This document shows positions 13,085-27,516 of a stretch of DNA of 64,000 nt, one piece after another. Numbering within the stretch: position 1 is the stretch's first letter; each line of letters opens with the position of its first letter. The position numbers and the translations under genes are program-made. Source of the DNA: Octopus sinensis (taxonomy: Eukaryota); the NCBI RefSeq assembly GCF_006345805.1, contig NC_043006.1, positions 53,506,001-53,570,000 of the forward strand, read 5' to 3'. A model generated the notes under the pieces. That model was not told where the DNA came from, did no database searches, and was given only the letters and a program-made list of their open reading frames with translations.

Positions 13085-13330
13085 TGAGAGAACTTTTTCT
13101 TCATCCATTCCCTTCCGGTCATTCAATATGTGACCGCGTGTGTATCGTTGGCGATTTTCTTTGTCCGTCTTCCTTTCCTTAGACCTTTCCTTTTTCTATA
13201 TTTCTGACGAAGAGCTCCGCTCTAAAACGTTAAATCCTTCTTTCTTTCCTTTCCTGAGCGTCCAATAACACTATACTTGTTCCACATCCTCTCGTTGTTG
13301 TGTTTTCTCTTTGTTCATGTTTGGATTAAC
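13085..13330 (+). mobile_element. Penelope-like terminal-repeat fragment with a degenerate minimal hammerhead motif
   Basis: TTT-CTGACGA-A-GAGC(TCC)GCTC-TAAA-ACGT-T-AAAT at 13201-13235. The 3' end runs into (TA)n, and the same 3' end recurs at about 13697-13770. Confidence 0.55.
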
Positions 13331-13406
<76 letters not shown>

Positions 13407-13418
13407 CATTCTTTCATT

Positions 13419-13470
<52 letters not shown>

Positions 13471-13481
13471 TATAATATATA

Positions 13482-13645
13482 TAGGGAGAGTTTACGAAAA
13501 AAATAAAGACGAAGACAGGTGGTGTACAAAACAAACAGATGTATTAGTATAACGCTCAGGAATAGGAAAAGTCTTTTACGTTTCGAGCCTACGCTCTTCT
13601 ACAGAAAGGGACACAGTAAAAACAAGGAGAGAAAAAAAATGTGTG
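13482..13645 (-). mobile_element. Penelope-like terminal-repeat fragment between (TA)n tracts
   Basis: The minus strand reads CTTT-CTGTAGA-A-GAGC(GTAG)GCTC-GAA-ACGT-A-AAAG. It is the same family as both arms of 26201-26774. Confidence 0.55.
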
Positions 13646-14184
13646 TTGTGGCTAATGATCTATCATGGCGATATATATATATATATATATATATATCCAA
13701 TAATACTATATTTGTTCCACGTCCTCGCGTTGTTGTGTTTTTTTTTTGTGCTCTCTTGTTGGATTAACTTTATATATATATATAACTTTATTTTAAGCAG
13801 CAGAAAATTCAACAAAATCTGTTACTCTGAGTTTCTCGTTGCGTTCATCAGACAGTTTTTGCTAGAATGGAACTATATATTAATTCAATCTATACTCTTA
13901 CAAACGCTACACCTTTAAAAAGAATGGACTTGTTGATTGGCCCTTTAGAAAAAACGGTCAATCTTCGAGCGATAAACAAAAAGGTCAAAAATATATGTAT
14001 ATATATATAAAAAACTTATAAAAATTATAAAAATTTAAAACCGAGTAAAAAAAAACCGAGGAAAAACCTATTGCCGTTAATGAAGACAGTACAAATTAAT
14101 GCATAGAAATTAAACCTGTTATAAATACTGCAATACATATTTATATTAAAATCCACATATATATATCAACATACACAAAAGGAT

Positions 14185-14243
<59 letters not shown>

Positions 14244-15067
14244 GAGACAGAGAGATCAGGTATCATAAATTATATATCATATTTGTACACTGGTTCCGAC
14301 CAGTAGGCAACTACATTTAACTAGTTATCGGAGCGTCATCACTAAACCACTGAACCACTGAGAGCCTAACTTGGCGATTGAGAAAAAGCGGTTTATTGTT
14401 TTAGGATTTTTTTCTGAGATAAACAACAACAATGTTTGGTTGATCACTTCTGTTTCTTGTTATTTTATCTATTTATTAATTTCTTTCTTATTTTCTTATT
14501 TCTGTGTGAAAAGTGAAATAATTACCAATGAGCATATAACCATCCAAATACACACAGACACTTACGCACAAACACATACACATGCACACACATACACACA
14601 CTAATAATACACTTTTCTGTTCTTACCTCCATTATACACACACACACACACATACAGCTTAACACAATACTACACGCTTCAACATTGCGAATCACATACA
14701 CACGTAAACAAACGCACACACATCTGTAAGTGGGTTTATAAACCAATCCCGCAATAGAATTTCATTAGCCTTTGAGTCGAGTCACTTTTTTAACTGAAAC
14801 CCTAATATGGGTCTGAAAGTAACACGACTGCCCACAGAGATAGTATGACACTGGAATAGACCAATGTTAACAAGGCCGCTACATTGCGGCCGTTTGATCT
14901 GCTACAAATAACAACTAAATCTTGTTTCTTTCTTTTTTCCGTTATGCATTTTAAAATAGTCTGCTTATAAAGAGACTCTTCTCATATTATTGCCTTCAAA
15001 AGAGGTTATGTTATGTCAGGAAATTACTGAATGTGTATGTAAGCCATGTTGACAGTAAGGATATTGG

Positions 15068-15272
15068 TTTCAAATTTTGGCATGAAGCCAGCGATTTCGA
15101 GGAGTGGGTAAGTCGATTGCATCGACCTCAACTAGTACTTATTTTATTGACCCCGAAAGGACGAAAAGCAAAGTCGACCTCGGCGGAATTTGAACTCAGA
15201 ACGTAGCAGCAGACGAAATACCACTAAGCATTTTTCCCGACGTGCTAACGATTCTGTCAGCTCGCTGCCTTG
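15068..15272 (-). mobile_element. SINE family B copy
   Basis: Reverse complement of the family-B body (ccccgaaaggacgaaaagcaaagtcgacctcggcggaatttgaactcagaacg). Confidence 0.75.
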
Positions 15273-16189
15273 TTGACAATAAGGATATTACAGATGGAAT
15301 ATTTTAACATAACGCAGTGACATAGCCAGCATGTGTGCGCTCAAGGCCTCCAAACCGACATACGCTTATAAAGGAACCGAAAGCTGCCTCTCCCATAAAA
15401 AGCCTCGCACGAGGAGGACCGTTCCCCTGCTCCTAGCTCCACTTCCTCAGCTATATTCTTGATGTGCCGGTTGTGTTCTCTAACTGGCGTGTCATTTTTC
15501 CCATTCGAAGTCCATATCGTTGAGCGGAGATTTAAGTTCATCTGTACCATGATATCTTATTGAATACTGGCGCAGATCAAACAGTTGAACTCAATACTTG
15601 ACTTTTATCGACCCCAGACGGACGAAATGCAAGGCTGAACTAAGTAGAATTTGAACTCTAAACGTAAAGAGCTGAAACAGATAGCGCAAAACATTTTATC
15701 CGATGCTTTGATGATTCTGCTAACCAACCGCCCTAAATATCAGCCAACTATCCTTTTTTGAACTAACCATATCTACACTGGAATTCTACAAAAACATCAA
15801 GTAGATGCACTCTGTATTTTCTCCTACCGACGCTATTTCTAAGTCTCTATTGAATTTATTATCAGTTTCTACATTATAAAGCTTCATTTCTGAATCAACC
15901 AGACAACGTGCATAGTTTCCATCTGGCATGGTTAAGCCGAGACAATGATAAAAGAAAATTGCCTCAGACACTGTGCAATCGTGCAATATGATCGAGCCCG
16001 AAGTCATGTGGTTCCCAGTAGACTTCTCCATACAGTCATATTTACATCCCTTTACATTTTCTCCACAGTATGTTTTAAAGTAGCTTTAAACCGGTTAGAG
16101 AAAGTGGAATCCGTTTCTTTTGTTAATGCCTAACATTATATCTTAAATCCTCTGATATTCATATAATGATGTTTTCATTTCATCATTTC

Positions 16190-16759
16190 TATCAGGTTGT
16201 CCGGAAAGTTCGTGGTGATTTTTAAAGGAAAGAAAAAGGTCAATAAATACTTGCCATTACATTTTTAATCAATCAAATATGAACCATTTTGTTGCACAAT
16301 GCGTCTCCATCGTTCCTTTAACTTGAAAACACCCTCTTCCCAGAATTGAGGTGATTTCATAGCAAAGAATTCATCAAGGTATCTTTTTACGTCATCCAAG
16401 GAATTGAATTTTTTATCATTAAGACTATTCTGCAGAGACCTGAATAAGTGGAAATCCGAAGGAGCAATATCTGGTGAATATGGAGGGTGGGGTAACATAA
16501 CCCAGCCGAGTTGCAGCAATTTTTGTCTGGTTCCCAAAGCATCAAGTGCCGAAAACGAACTTTCTTATTTTCCATTTTAAAGGGTTACAGAATTAACACA
16601 GATTATAGGAACATAAACCTTCTTCCACGAAAAGATAGCTTAAACTGTGCTCTAAATGGAGGTGTAGTCAAATCCTATTTTATGGACTCAATCATGTTCT
16701 AAAATAAGTCGAAACGTAGGCTACTATAAATCGGCACGAACTTTCCGGACAACCCAATA
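16190..16759 (-). mobile_element. Complete 570-bp internally deleted mariner (MITE-like)
   Basis: TIRs of about 30 bp with flanking TA at both ends. The minus strand encodes the N-terminus MENKKVRFRHLMLW joined out of frame to the C-terminal block QKLLQLGWVMLPHPPYSPDIAPSDFHLFRSLQNSL...NGSYLID, which contains the mariner YSPDLAPSD motif. Confidence 0.92.
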
Positions 16760-17254
16760 TATTAGCTGAAAATCGTTGTTTTCAGTGTCAGAATACCAAT
16801 TAAAGAATATGGAGACCGCTGCTCTATGTACGTTAGGACTGCGGGAAAATATCTCCTTCGGATTATTACTTGTTCCAATCCATAGCGCACCTCCTGCGCT
16901 AGCGATGCTCCATCAGCAAAAAGGATGTGGAAGCTTCAGTGAAGGAGTTCTTCGCCCTGAAGGACAAGAACTGATAACAAAGAACTGGCAGAAAGGTGGC
17001 TTCAATTGTGCAACACGATAGGCTCTACATTAAATGCTAGGCTGTTTTTAATGAAACTTGAGAAATAAAGCAAATAAGTTTCCAAAATATTGCAAAAACT
17101 TTTTTGACTCAACACAATACTTAAGAAGCCCGCTTTGCAACCACGTGGCTTCGAGTTCAGTCACACTGTGCGGAACCTTGTGTAAGTGTCTTCTAATATA
17201 ACCTTGGACCGACCAACACCTTGTGGCTGCATTTAGCAAACGAATGCTGTGAAG

Positions 17255-17850
17255 AAGTTGATTATATATATATAATTATATTGATCTCCCTTGCAAACAC
17301 TATTCGGACACAAACTGTGTGTGGATAGCCAGCTGGTGAAGATGTTTTCCTGGGGCTAAAACAACAGTAACATCGCCCTTTATGGGACTGCCACATATAA
17401 TTGGCATATAAACATTATTATATATATAAACTGATTCATTTTATACACACACACACATATATATATATACAGGCAAAACGCCCCCCCCCCCCCGTTCAAT
17501 GGACGGTGCTGAGTTGTCAAACATTTAAACCAAATTTTCTCAAAATAACTTGTCAGACCGTCCCATAGGCTTCTCCTTTGAGAAACACTGATTTAACCTA
17601 AATTTGAGACACCAGCAAAAGAAGAAATAAAGATAGACATTTTTATCTATTCCAAAGAAAAACTATTTTATTCACATAAATATGCAACCGAAGAGTTCAA
17701 AGTAATTTTATCAACACTTCTACACGCCCTGATACCGTCGGTATTTACGTATCAAATTTGAGCGCAATCGGATGGAGGATGCTCGAGATCCTAGAAGACA
17801 CACACACACACACACCAGACAGAATGGATTTTATATTATATATATATAAT
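17255..17850 (+). mobile_element. Possible Helitron/Helentron-type non-autonomous element
   Basis: The 3' region caaatttgagcgcaatcggatg...(CA)n...ttttatattatatatataat resembles such elements. Boundaries are approximate. Confidence 0.3.
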
Positions 17851-18111
17851 GAATCAGTTTAAAGAAAACAGAAAATAGAGATTAGAGAATATCCAATTTT
17901 TTTTTATGCAGTCATTTAATTTCCGCCTCTTTAGAGACAACTAAATTGCGAGGCGTGACAATGTACGAAAAATAAGTGAACCAAAGAAATGGAAGTACAT
18001 AAATTCACGTATGCTAATCAGCTTTATCAATAGGGAGAAGCTCATATGGTACCCGCTTGGATATATATCTTCATCAACCCCAAAAAACTTTTGAAATTTT
18101 AGAAACTAGAC

Positions 18112-18170
<59 letters not shown>

Positions 18171-18983
18171 TTTTGACTGCGGTCATGCTGGAGCACCGCC
18201 TTTAGTCGAACAATTCAACCCCAGAACTTATTCTTTATAAGCCTAGTGCTTTTTCTATTTCGGTCTCTATTGCCGAACCGCTAAGTTACCGGGACGTAAA
18301 CACACCAGCATCGGTTGTCAAGTGATGATGATGGGGTGGGGGGAATACAGACACGCAAATACATACATAAACACACACATACATATATATATGTATGTAT
18401 ACGACCGGATTCTTTCAGTTTCTGTCTACCAAATCCACTCACAGGGCTTTGGTCGGCCTGAGGCTATAGTAGAAGACACATAGCGGTTCGACAATACAGA
18501 CCGATAGAATTAGCATAAGGCTTATAAATAATAAGTCCTGGGGTCGATTTGTTCGACTAAAGGCGGTGCTCCAGCATAGCCGCAGTCAAATGACCGAAAC
18601 AAGCAAAAGAATAAAAGAATAAAAGAATGTCACACCATTTAATACCCATACCTGTCATATTCCTCTGCTTACGTCACAACTTCCCACGTTCACTTTAATA
18701 ATAAAGATGTATTCGTTACGCACCTTTTGAGGAAGGTGTGTGTGGTCATTGTGTTGAAGGTGTGTTGATCAAATACCAGTGATTCACTGGTGTTTTCTTT
18801 ATCGGCTTCAGACTAACAAAAGGCAAAATACATTCAACGTGTAACTGGTATAGTGGTGTAAATGGGTGTGAGTCTGTGCGTATATGTATGTGAGGATATA
18901 TACATATATACATTATATATACATATATGAATAATACAGAACACATTAATGCATAGCTCTACACACACATTAATACATACGTT

Positions 18984-19121
18984 CTTGCTTACCAATCACA
19001 TGGTTCTGGGGTTCAGTCCGACTGCGTGGCACCTTGGGCAAGTGTCTTCTACTATTGCCTCAGGCCAACCAAAGCCTTGTGAGTGGATTTGGTAGACGGA
19101 AACTGAAAGAAGCCCGTCGAA

Positions 19122-19174
<53 letters not shown>

Positions 19175-19376
19175 TTGTATGTCTGTGTTTGTCCCCCCAA
19201 CATCGCTTCACAACCGATGCTGGTGTGTTTACGCCCCCGTAACCTAGCGGTTCGGCAAAAGATATTGATAGAATAAGTACTAGGCTTACAAAGAATAAGT
19301 CCTGGGGTCGATATGCTCGACTAAAGGCGGTACTCCAGCATGGCCACAGTCAAATGACTGAAACAAGTAAAAGAGT
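18984..19376 (+). mobile_element. SINE family A copy (tRNA head, internal (TA)n/(TG)n), slightly 5'-truncated
   Basis: B-box-like GGTTCAGTCC, body CACCTTGGGCAAGTGTCTTCTACTAT and tail TGACTGAAACAAGTAAAAGAGT. Confidence 0.8.
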
Positions 19377-19436
<60 letters not shown>

Positions 19437-19894
19437 ATACATCGGTACTACGAACTAAAAGGAAGGAACATCGGTCCGATGAAGCCAATTGTCCGCAGGT
19501 ACCAAACATTAAGGTTAGATTGCGTTAGGGGTGGCTAATATCAACAATTACGTTATGAAAGGCAGAGGAATAAATACAGTACTGCACTTTTAATCAAGCA
19601 CACTATCTATTCTGACAACATAAGATACACATACACTGTAAATATACACTATAATTCAGTAAATTCAACATTTTTAATTTAAAATCAAACTTACCCTGGA
19701 TGGTAAAGGGGTGTTGTTGATATGCCGTGATTTTGTCCGCTGCTTCCGAAATCAATTGAAGGGAGGTCCGTAGTACCGGGGTATGTGTGTGTGCGCGCGC
19801 GTACACTTACGTATATATGTATGTATGCATATATACTGTTCTGGTGGTTCTTAGGATTGAGTTAACAAAATCAAATCTAATAATTACAAGATGC

Positions 19895-22486
19895 AGTAGT
19901 GCACACCAGTAGTATTGGACTTTGTCAGGAGAGACATTCATTTAATCTCCTTCAAGGTAGGACCCTCTGACTTCTATCCACCTGTAGCACACCAGCCACT
20001 TTGTGAAGGACTCGTGAAAGTCTTTCAAAGAGAAGGTGTCCAGGACCTTCAGCACAGCATCCTTCATCTTCTCAAAATTTCAAAACAACTGCTCCTGAGG
20101 TTCTCCTTCAGCTTGAACAAGCAAGTCACAGGAAGCAGGTCTTGACTGTAGGATAAGTGAGGGACAGCTCTGATACCCATTTCTGTCAAGTATTTGGTTA
20201 CCAGGATGGAATTCATGACTGGTGCATTGTCCTGGGGCAGGTGCCATCAACCAGACTGGAAGAGCTTCGGCTTTTTACGACGAAATCTCTTCATGAATTC
20301 CATCAAAACCGCCACAAAGTACTCTTTGTTGAACGTCTGACCAGAGGGGAACCTAGCCCAATTTTCAAGAAAGGGAGCCGCGAAGACCCGCTTAACTACC
20401 GACCGGTTTCCCTTACTTCAATAATCAGCAAGATGTTGAAACCATCCTTAAGAAAAGTATGATGCTCCACCTCCAAAACAGCCTCTATCTCTGATTCCCA
20501 CACGGCTTCGTGCCGAAGAGATCATGCTTGACCAACTCACTGGTAATGGAAGAATTGTGACGCGCATCCTCGATGATGGTGATGCTGTTAACATCGTTTT
20601 ATTAGACTTTGCCAAAGCTTTTGACATCCGGATATTGTACGATGGGTTGGTGCCTTCCTCTCAGATCGCTCCTTCCAAGTCCAAGTTAATGGTTCGCTGT
20701 CCGACGTCTCCAGTGCGAGCAGTGGCGTGCCTCAAGGTCCAGTGCTTGGGCCCTTATTGTTCTTAGTATTCATAAATGACTTGCCCGACGACCTCACGCA
20801 ACACACCCTTCTATTTGCCGACGATGTCAAACTGGTCGCTCCTCGCGGTGATATAGAGGATCTTCGTCGATGCCTCCACCAAATTTGAAGATGGTCTAAC
20901 GAATGGGACCTGTGTCTGAACGTGTCAAAGTGCTGTCATCTGCCTGTTGGCTCTCCTCCTGCAACTCAACTTGATTTCGAGCCGGGTCGTCTGCTGCTGG
21001 AGAGGACCGGCCAGGTAAAGACCTGGGTATCTTGGTGGATCCTCCTTTTCACCTTCGGCCCAGTGCGTCCATGCTGCCAACAAGCACGCGGAGTTCTGTT
21101 CTTGATTCGACGGTCATTCGGAATGCTCACAGCAGCCATATTCCTACCGCTCTATGTCACACTGGTGAGACCTATTGAAGTACGGGATTCAAACCTCTTC
21201 TCCTATCTCCTCAAAGACATACGCATATCAAAAGAGTCAGAAGCTGGCTACCCGCATGGTTCTTGGTCTCAAAAATTTGTCTTATGAAGAAAGGCTGAAG
21301 ACGCTCGACCTTTATTCTCTAGAAAAACGACGACGCCGTGGTGATCTCATTCTTGCTCACAACTCATACGGAATGTGTAACTTTCGAAAGAGCTGTTCTT
21401 CACTCCTGCTCCAGAGCGTCGGCTGCGGGGTCACTCCGAAAGCTCTATCTGCGACGATTTCATCTCAATCGAAGGAGAGGGGCTTTCTCCGTCCGGTTGA
21501 GGATCCGTGGAATAAGCTGCCGGACGAATGGTGAAGATGCCGACGACCGCTCGGTTCAAAGACTCCCTTGACCACAAGTGGCCTGAACTCTTTACATGAA
21601 CACCACCCTGTACATAACTCCATGTCCCCCTACATGGCCTTGCTTTTTGCTTTTTGAGCCAAAAATTAACTAACTAACTAACTAGATATTGTCCTTGCTG
21701 TCGAAAAAAGGAGATTATCATGAGGTTCCCGGTGGATTTGCTTTAACCTGGCCTTCTTGGATCTCGGGGAGCAGGATGCTTTCATTGGACTCTCTATCTC
21801 TTGGTCTCTGGATTATAACAGTAGGTTTTTTTGTCACAATCATCTCCTTCGTGTCACCAATTCGTCTTTCCTTCAGTTCGTCACTGAGCACCATGGGAAC
21901 AAACTTTGCACACATTTTACGCATGCTCAGATATTCATGAATAATTCTGTGTACAGTTTCCACACCAACTCCAAATTGAATACTTGTTGCTTTTATAGAA
22001 ACCAGCCGTCTTCATCTAGAAAATTGCGACTTTTCTCAATCAGCTCTGATGTTTTAATGACCCTCTCCTTCCTACAGTTCTCATCGTCTCTCATCTCCTT
22101 TCTACCTTCCTTAAACATCTTTTGCAAGCGAGAAACAAATGATCGTTTCATACAATTAATCCATGAGCAGTTTGGAAGATTTCATAAGTTTCTATATCGT
22201 TTTCGCCCTGTTTAACACAAAACTTTATTGCATAGCGAACTTCCAAACTGTCTTCACATCACGATTGCATTCTGTAAATGTATACTATTGGGCTGGAACA
22301 GGCTGTGTTTAATGGGATATGTTCAAAGTGCTCTTACCGCTATGTCCTTCAAACTGGAATTTTAAAAGTTGGCAGGTCAGATTATTAAATGTATAATAAT
22401 GATATACTAAAATTACAATAATTTAGAACAAATACAACTTCCTCTCCTGAAAAAAAAGTCTGAAAACTTCTGGAATGCACCTTTTA
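19895..22486 (-). pseudogene. Full-length degenerate mariner transposon split by a CR1-like LINE
   Basis: The minus-strand ATG at 22259 starts MCEDSLEVRYAIKFCVKQGEN. Further peptides are RKMCAKFVPMVL and MIISFFDSK, then after the insertion GQTFNKEYF, HLPQDNAPV and SYSQDLLPCD, with a stop at 19942-19944. Degenerate TIRs lie at about 19897-19924 and 22455-22486. The length without the LINE is about 1.25 kb. Confidence 0.85.
20345..21684 (+). mobile_element. 5'-truncated CR1/L2-group LINE (decayed RT)
   Basis: Motifs PIFKKGSREDPLNYRPVSLTS, HGFVPKRSCLT, LDFAKAFD, SGVPQGPVLGPLLFLVFINDLP, LFADDVKL and RRRRGDLI. The 3' tail is (AACT)n at 21667-21684. Confidence 0.9.
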
Positions 22487-22948
22487 CTAAGCCCTGTGGA
22501 GTTCAACCATTTGTTAAACATGATTTTATTAATACAATCTATTTCCTCTTCCTTTACAATTGTTTGCATTCAAACGATGGGACAACCCGTCCCCACCACC
22601 ACCAATAACAACACATACACACACACACACAAGTATTCACGCAGTGTTTCACAAATTACAGCCTACGCACGTCGCTCTTCCTTATTTGAAAGCCTTAAAT
22701 AATGTTTTGCTTGGCTGGTAAGGTGGGACCTAGAAAAGGGGACAATACACTTTAATATTCTAACAGCCCTCCGATGCTGTACTTTCCCCACATCCATATA
22801 CAATCTCTCTCTCCTTCTCTCCCTCTCTCTCTCTCCCCCCTCTCTCTCTCTGTTTTGTTCCCCTTCTTCCCTTTACACCCAATAGTTTAAGTAACTCTAT
22901 GCAGTTGTATATATGTATGTATGTATGTGTGTGTATGTTCATATGTGT

Positions 22949-22987
<39 letters not shown>

Positions 22988-23007
22988 GAGAATGTAGGTA
23001 GATACAA

Positions 23008-23234
23008 CGAGCTGGCAGAAACGTTAGTACGCCGGGCGAAATGCTTAGCGGTATTTCGTCTGCCGCTACATTCTGAGTTCAAATTCCGCCGAGGTCGACT
23101 TTGCCTTTCATCCTTTCGGGGTCGATTAAATAAGTACCTGTTACGCACTGGGGTCGATATAATCAACTTAATCCCTTTGTCTGTCTTGTTTGTCCCCTCT
23201 ATGTTTAGCCCCTTGTGGGCAATAAAAAAATAAG
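23008..23234 (+). mobile_element. SINE family B copy, near full length
   Basis: Runs from CGAGCTGGCAGAAACGTTAG through GAGTTCAAATTCCGCCGAGGTCGACTTTGCCTTTCATCCTTTCGGGGTCGAT to TTTAGCCCCTTGTGGGCAATAAAA. Confidence 0.8.
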
Positions 23235-26140
23235 ATACATACAGAGATTATGTATGTATGTATATCTTTATTTATGGGTATATGTATATATGCATGTAGA
23301 TATGTATGTTTATATATATTTGTGTGTGCAAATGTACGCGTGTATGTATTTATATATGTATGCATGAACGTATGAATGCATGTATGTATGTATGTATGTA
23401 ATTATGAATATATGTATCAATTAGTGTCTATGTATGCGTGTATATAATTGTTTGTGTGTATGTGTATATGTGTATATGTACGCAGTATGTGTATGTATGT
23501 ATGTATGTAGTATGTATGTATTATGTATGTATGTATGTATGTATGTATGTATGTATGTATCCACATACGCAGCATTTTATGATATATCCAGAAGAAATGT
23601 ATACTAAATCTATATTAAGAAATCTACTTCCTAACTGAAAAAATACGTACAACAAAAAGGAGCGTCTCGGAGGTTACGAAGTTCATTTAAGTTTCTCCAA
23701 CCGGATGGAAAACCCCTGGTTTCATTTCGTCACATTCAAATTGGATCCAATCCCTAAGTCACATATATAAACAACAACTAAAATATTTAAGCCCTAACAC
23801 CAAAATTGGAAATTAACATGTTTATAAATATCTAGAATTTGATATTCCTTACTTTTGTGAAACGCGGTACGTTCCCACAAGTTCTTACGCTCTTTCGAGT
23901 CTTATCCCAAGAGGGTCCCTCACTGTTCGCTGTCTGGATTTGCATTGTATTTTACTTGTTATAGTCATTGGACTGCGACCATGCTGGGGCACTACCTTGA
24001 CAGATTAGTCCTCGTGCTTCTATTTTTTGAAGTCTCGTACTCTTTTGCCGAATTGATAAGTCACAGGGACATAAACGAATTAACACCGCTTGTCAAGTGG
24101 TGATGAAGGACAAACACAAACAAATAAATACACATACATCCACTCATATATATATATATATTCCACGGAATTTCCGACTATCAAATTTACTCAGACACCA
24201 TTGGCCGGCCAGGGATTATAGTAGAAGACACCGCCTGCCCAAGATGCCATGCAGTGGGGCTGAACCAGAAATCACGCTGTTACAAAGCGATAGTTTTAAC
24301 CATCCAACCATACCTGCATTTATATCTAAACTTCAAATCTATCTGATCACCTTCTGTAAGAGTTTATGCATCATTACCGTAAATCTTCGAGTATAATCCG
24401 CATTTTTTTCCCAAAATTTAAAGGTCAAAATCCCTAGTGCGTACTATATATGAGGTTAAAAATGAAAATTATTTTCTAAGTGTCTCTATTTGCTGTCAGG
24501 CAATTTTTATTTAGACGCATTTTGTGATGTCGGGCGCGAAAATACCTTAAGCTAAGCCTGAAAGCAACGAAGTCATAAAAGAATCATCCATAACATGCAG
24601 TAAGCAACATTTATTAAACGTTATTACTGTTATTTCTGTATTTTCTGCAAACAAAATGCACAAAAAAGCTACACATTTGCATTATCTTATATGTACAATA
24701 ATAATAAAGGACGTTACCGTATACCATATTTCACTCTCAAGGTTAGCCCCGAGCAATAACAGAAGACACACGTCTACATTTTTCCCTCACTAATATGTCT
24801 GGGGCCTCATAATTTCGAAGCAAACTTCACAACGCTTCAACCATGACTTCGCCCTGATAATGTTTCTTACATCAAAACAGATTGCCGCCACTAGGCTCCA
24901 CGAAGTTTAATGATGATATTCGATTATTACTTTATCGATTAGCCGATATCTAATTCCTAAAACGGTCATTCAATGCATTTGAGTTATTTGTTTAATTGCA
25001 AACGTTTCGTTAATACTGCTTTCCTCGTTAAACAGACTCCCAGTATTATATGAAAGAGAACTCAACCCAGTGAGGGAGACTCTACGAAGTTACTCGATCT
25101 GCAAGAAATAACAGTCAAATTTCCATCAAATTACACCCTTTCTCAGGAAAGAGACGAACACATTGGCTTATATAGTTCGTACTATACATTATTTCTGAAT
25201 CTAAAGACAAAACGGCGTGAGAAGCATGGCTAGAATACCCTTAATCATAATTCAACTCAAGCAGAGCCGACTTGGATCTAAAAGAAGAACAATAACGAAA
25301 GATCACTAATTAGTGCTTATCGTCGTTAAATTTGAAAATAGTTAAGTTAGTGTTGATATAGTAGTAAAATATGCCGGTGGAGAAAAGACAAAATATTTTC
25401 CCTTTCTCGGCAGCCAATTTTTTTATTTACTAAAGGATTAGTTAATAAAATATTACACTCGTGAGACGGGTTGACCAGTGAACTTTCAGAATAGCTATCA
25501 CTACCTCATGTAGAAGGAAATAGGCGCGGAGGAATAGGGTGGTTGTTTTCTTCTATGAAAGAATTTTTTGGTTCGAAACATTTGATATTTTATATTCTTG
25601 CCCACAATTTCCTTGCCTTTTCCCAGCAAATTTTTGCTGGTACGTTTCTTCTTAGTAAAAGCTATTCCGAAAGTCAACCGATCAACTATTACACTTGTCT
25701 CACCCGTTTAATAGTTTACTTACTAATTCTTTTGTAAAAAAAAAATTGCTGTCGATAAAAGGAAAGTGCCAAAGACAATATAAGTTAATGAATAACATTA
25801 TTTAATCCAGGAAATACGGGGGACAATTGTAAACATGTTTTGGTCTTATTAAACTTCGCCAGCAAAACATAGACTTCACTGTGCTTGCTTCAAATGGTGA
25901 TAACAGAATCAGTTGATGAATACGAGTTGGTTTAGAACATGAGAATATTTTACAGAAATATCAACACAGGACAACCTGTGACTCGCGAAACGCATACGAC
26001 TCTCATGCTAATAAATATAACTCTCATAATAATAACGGAGTACAGTGGCATCTTATCCTGAAATACTGCACACTAGAGATGCAGGACAGTAATAAAAATA
26101 TACAATGTAGCTATATGCATGTAGATGGTCGCAATATATA

Positions 26141-26189
<49 letters not shown>

Positions 26190-26200
26190 ATATATATATT

Positions 26201-26910
<710 letters not shown>

Positions 26911-27086
26911 GTAGAGATAGATAGATAGAGAGAGAGAGGTAGAGATAGAGAGAGAGAGAGTGTGAGTGAGAGAGAGGGAGAGAGATCATGTTAAAAACTT
27001 TCAGGAATAGAGGATAGGGAAAATGGCAAGCTGGATGGATGAATGGATGAAACTTTATAAGGTTGTAACACTGGGAAATGAAAAAA

Positions 27087-27516
27087 GGAGTGGCTGTGTG
27101 GTAAGTAGCTTGCTTACCTACCACATGGTTCCGGGTTCAATCCCACTGCGTGACATCTTGAGCAAGTGTCTTCTACTATAACCTCGGACCGACCAAAGCC
27201 TCGTGAATGGATTTGGTAGACGGAAACTGAAAGAAACCCGTCGTATATATGTGTGTATATATATATATATGTGTGTATGTATGTATGTATGTATGTATGT
27301 ATGTGTGTGTATATGTTTGTATGTCTGTGTTTGTCCCCCCCCTCCAACATCGCTTGCCAACCGATGCTGGTGTGTTCACGTCCCCGTAACTTAGCGGTTC
27401 GGCAAAAGAGACCGATAGGCTTACAAAGAATAAGTCCTGGGGTCGATTTGCTCGACTAAAGGCGATGCTCCAGCATGGTCACAGACAAATGACTGAGTAA
27501 AAAAGAGTAAAAGAGT
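27087..27516 (+). mobile_element. SINE family A, full-length copy
   Basis: Head GGAGTGGCTGTGTGGTAAGTAGCTTGCTT (A-box-like), GGTTCAATCC (B-box-like), an internal microsatellite and an (AAAAGAGT)n tail. Confidence 0.85.

Noticed and set aside
15341-16133. Non-repetitive ORFs at 15341-15550, 15786-16031 and 15945-16133
   Set aside because: I recognised no domain or convincing splice context, so they cannot be supported as exons.
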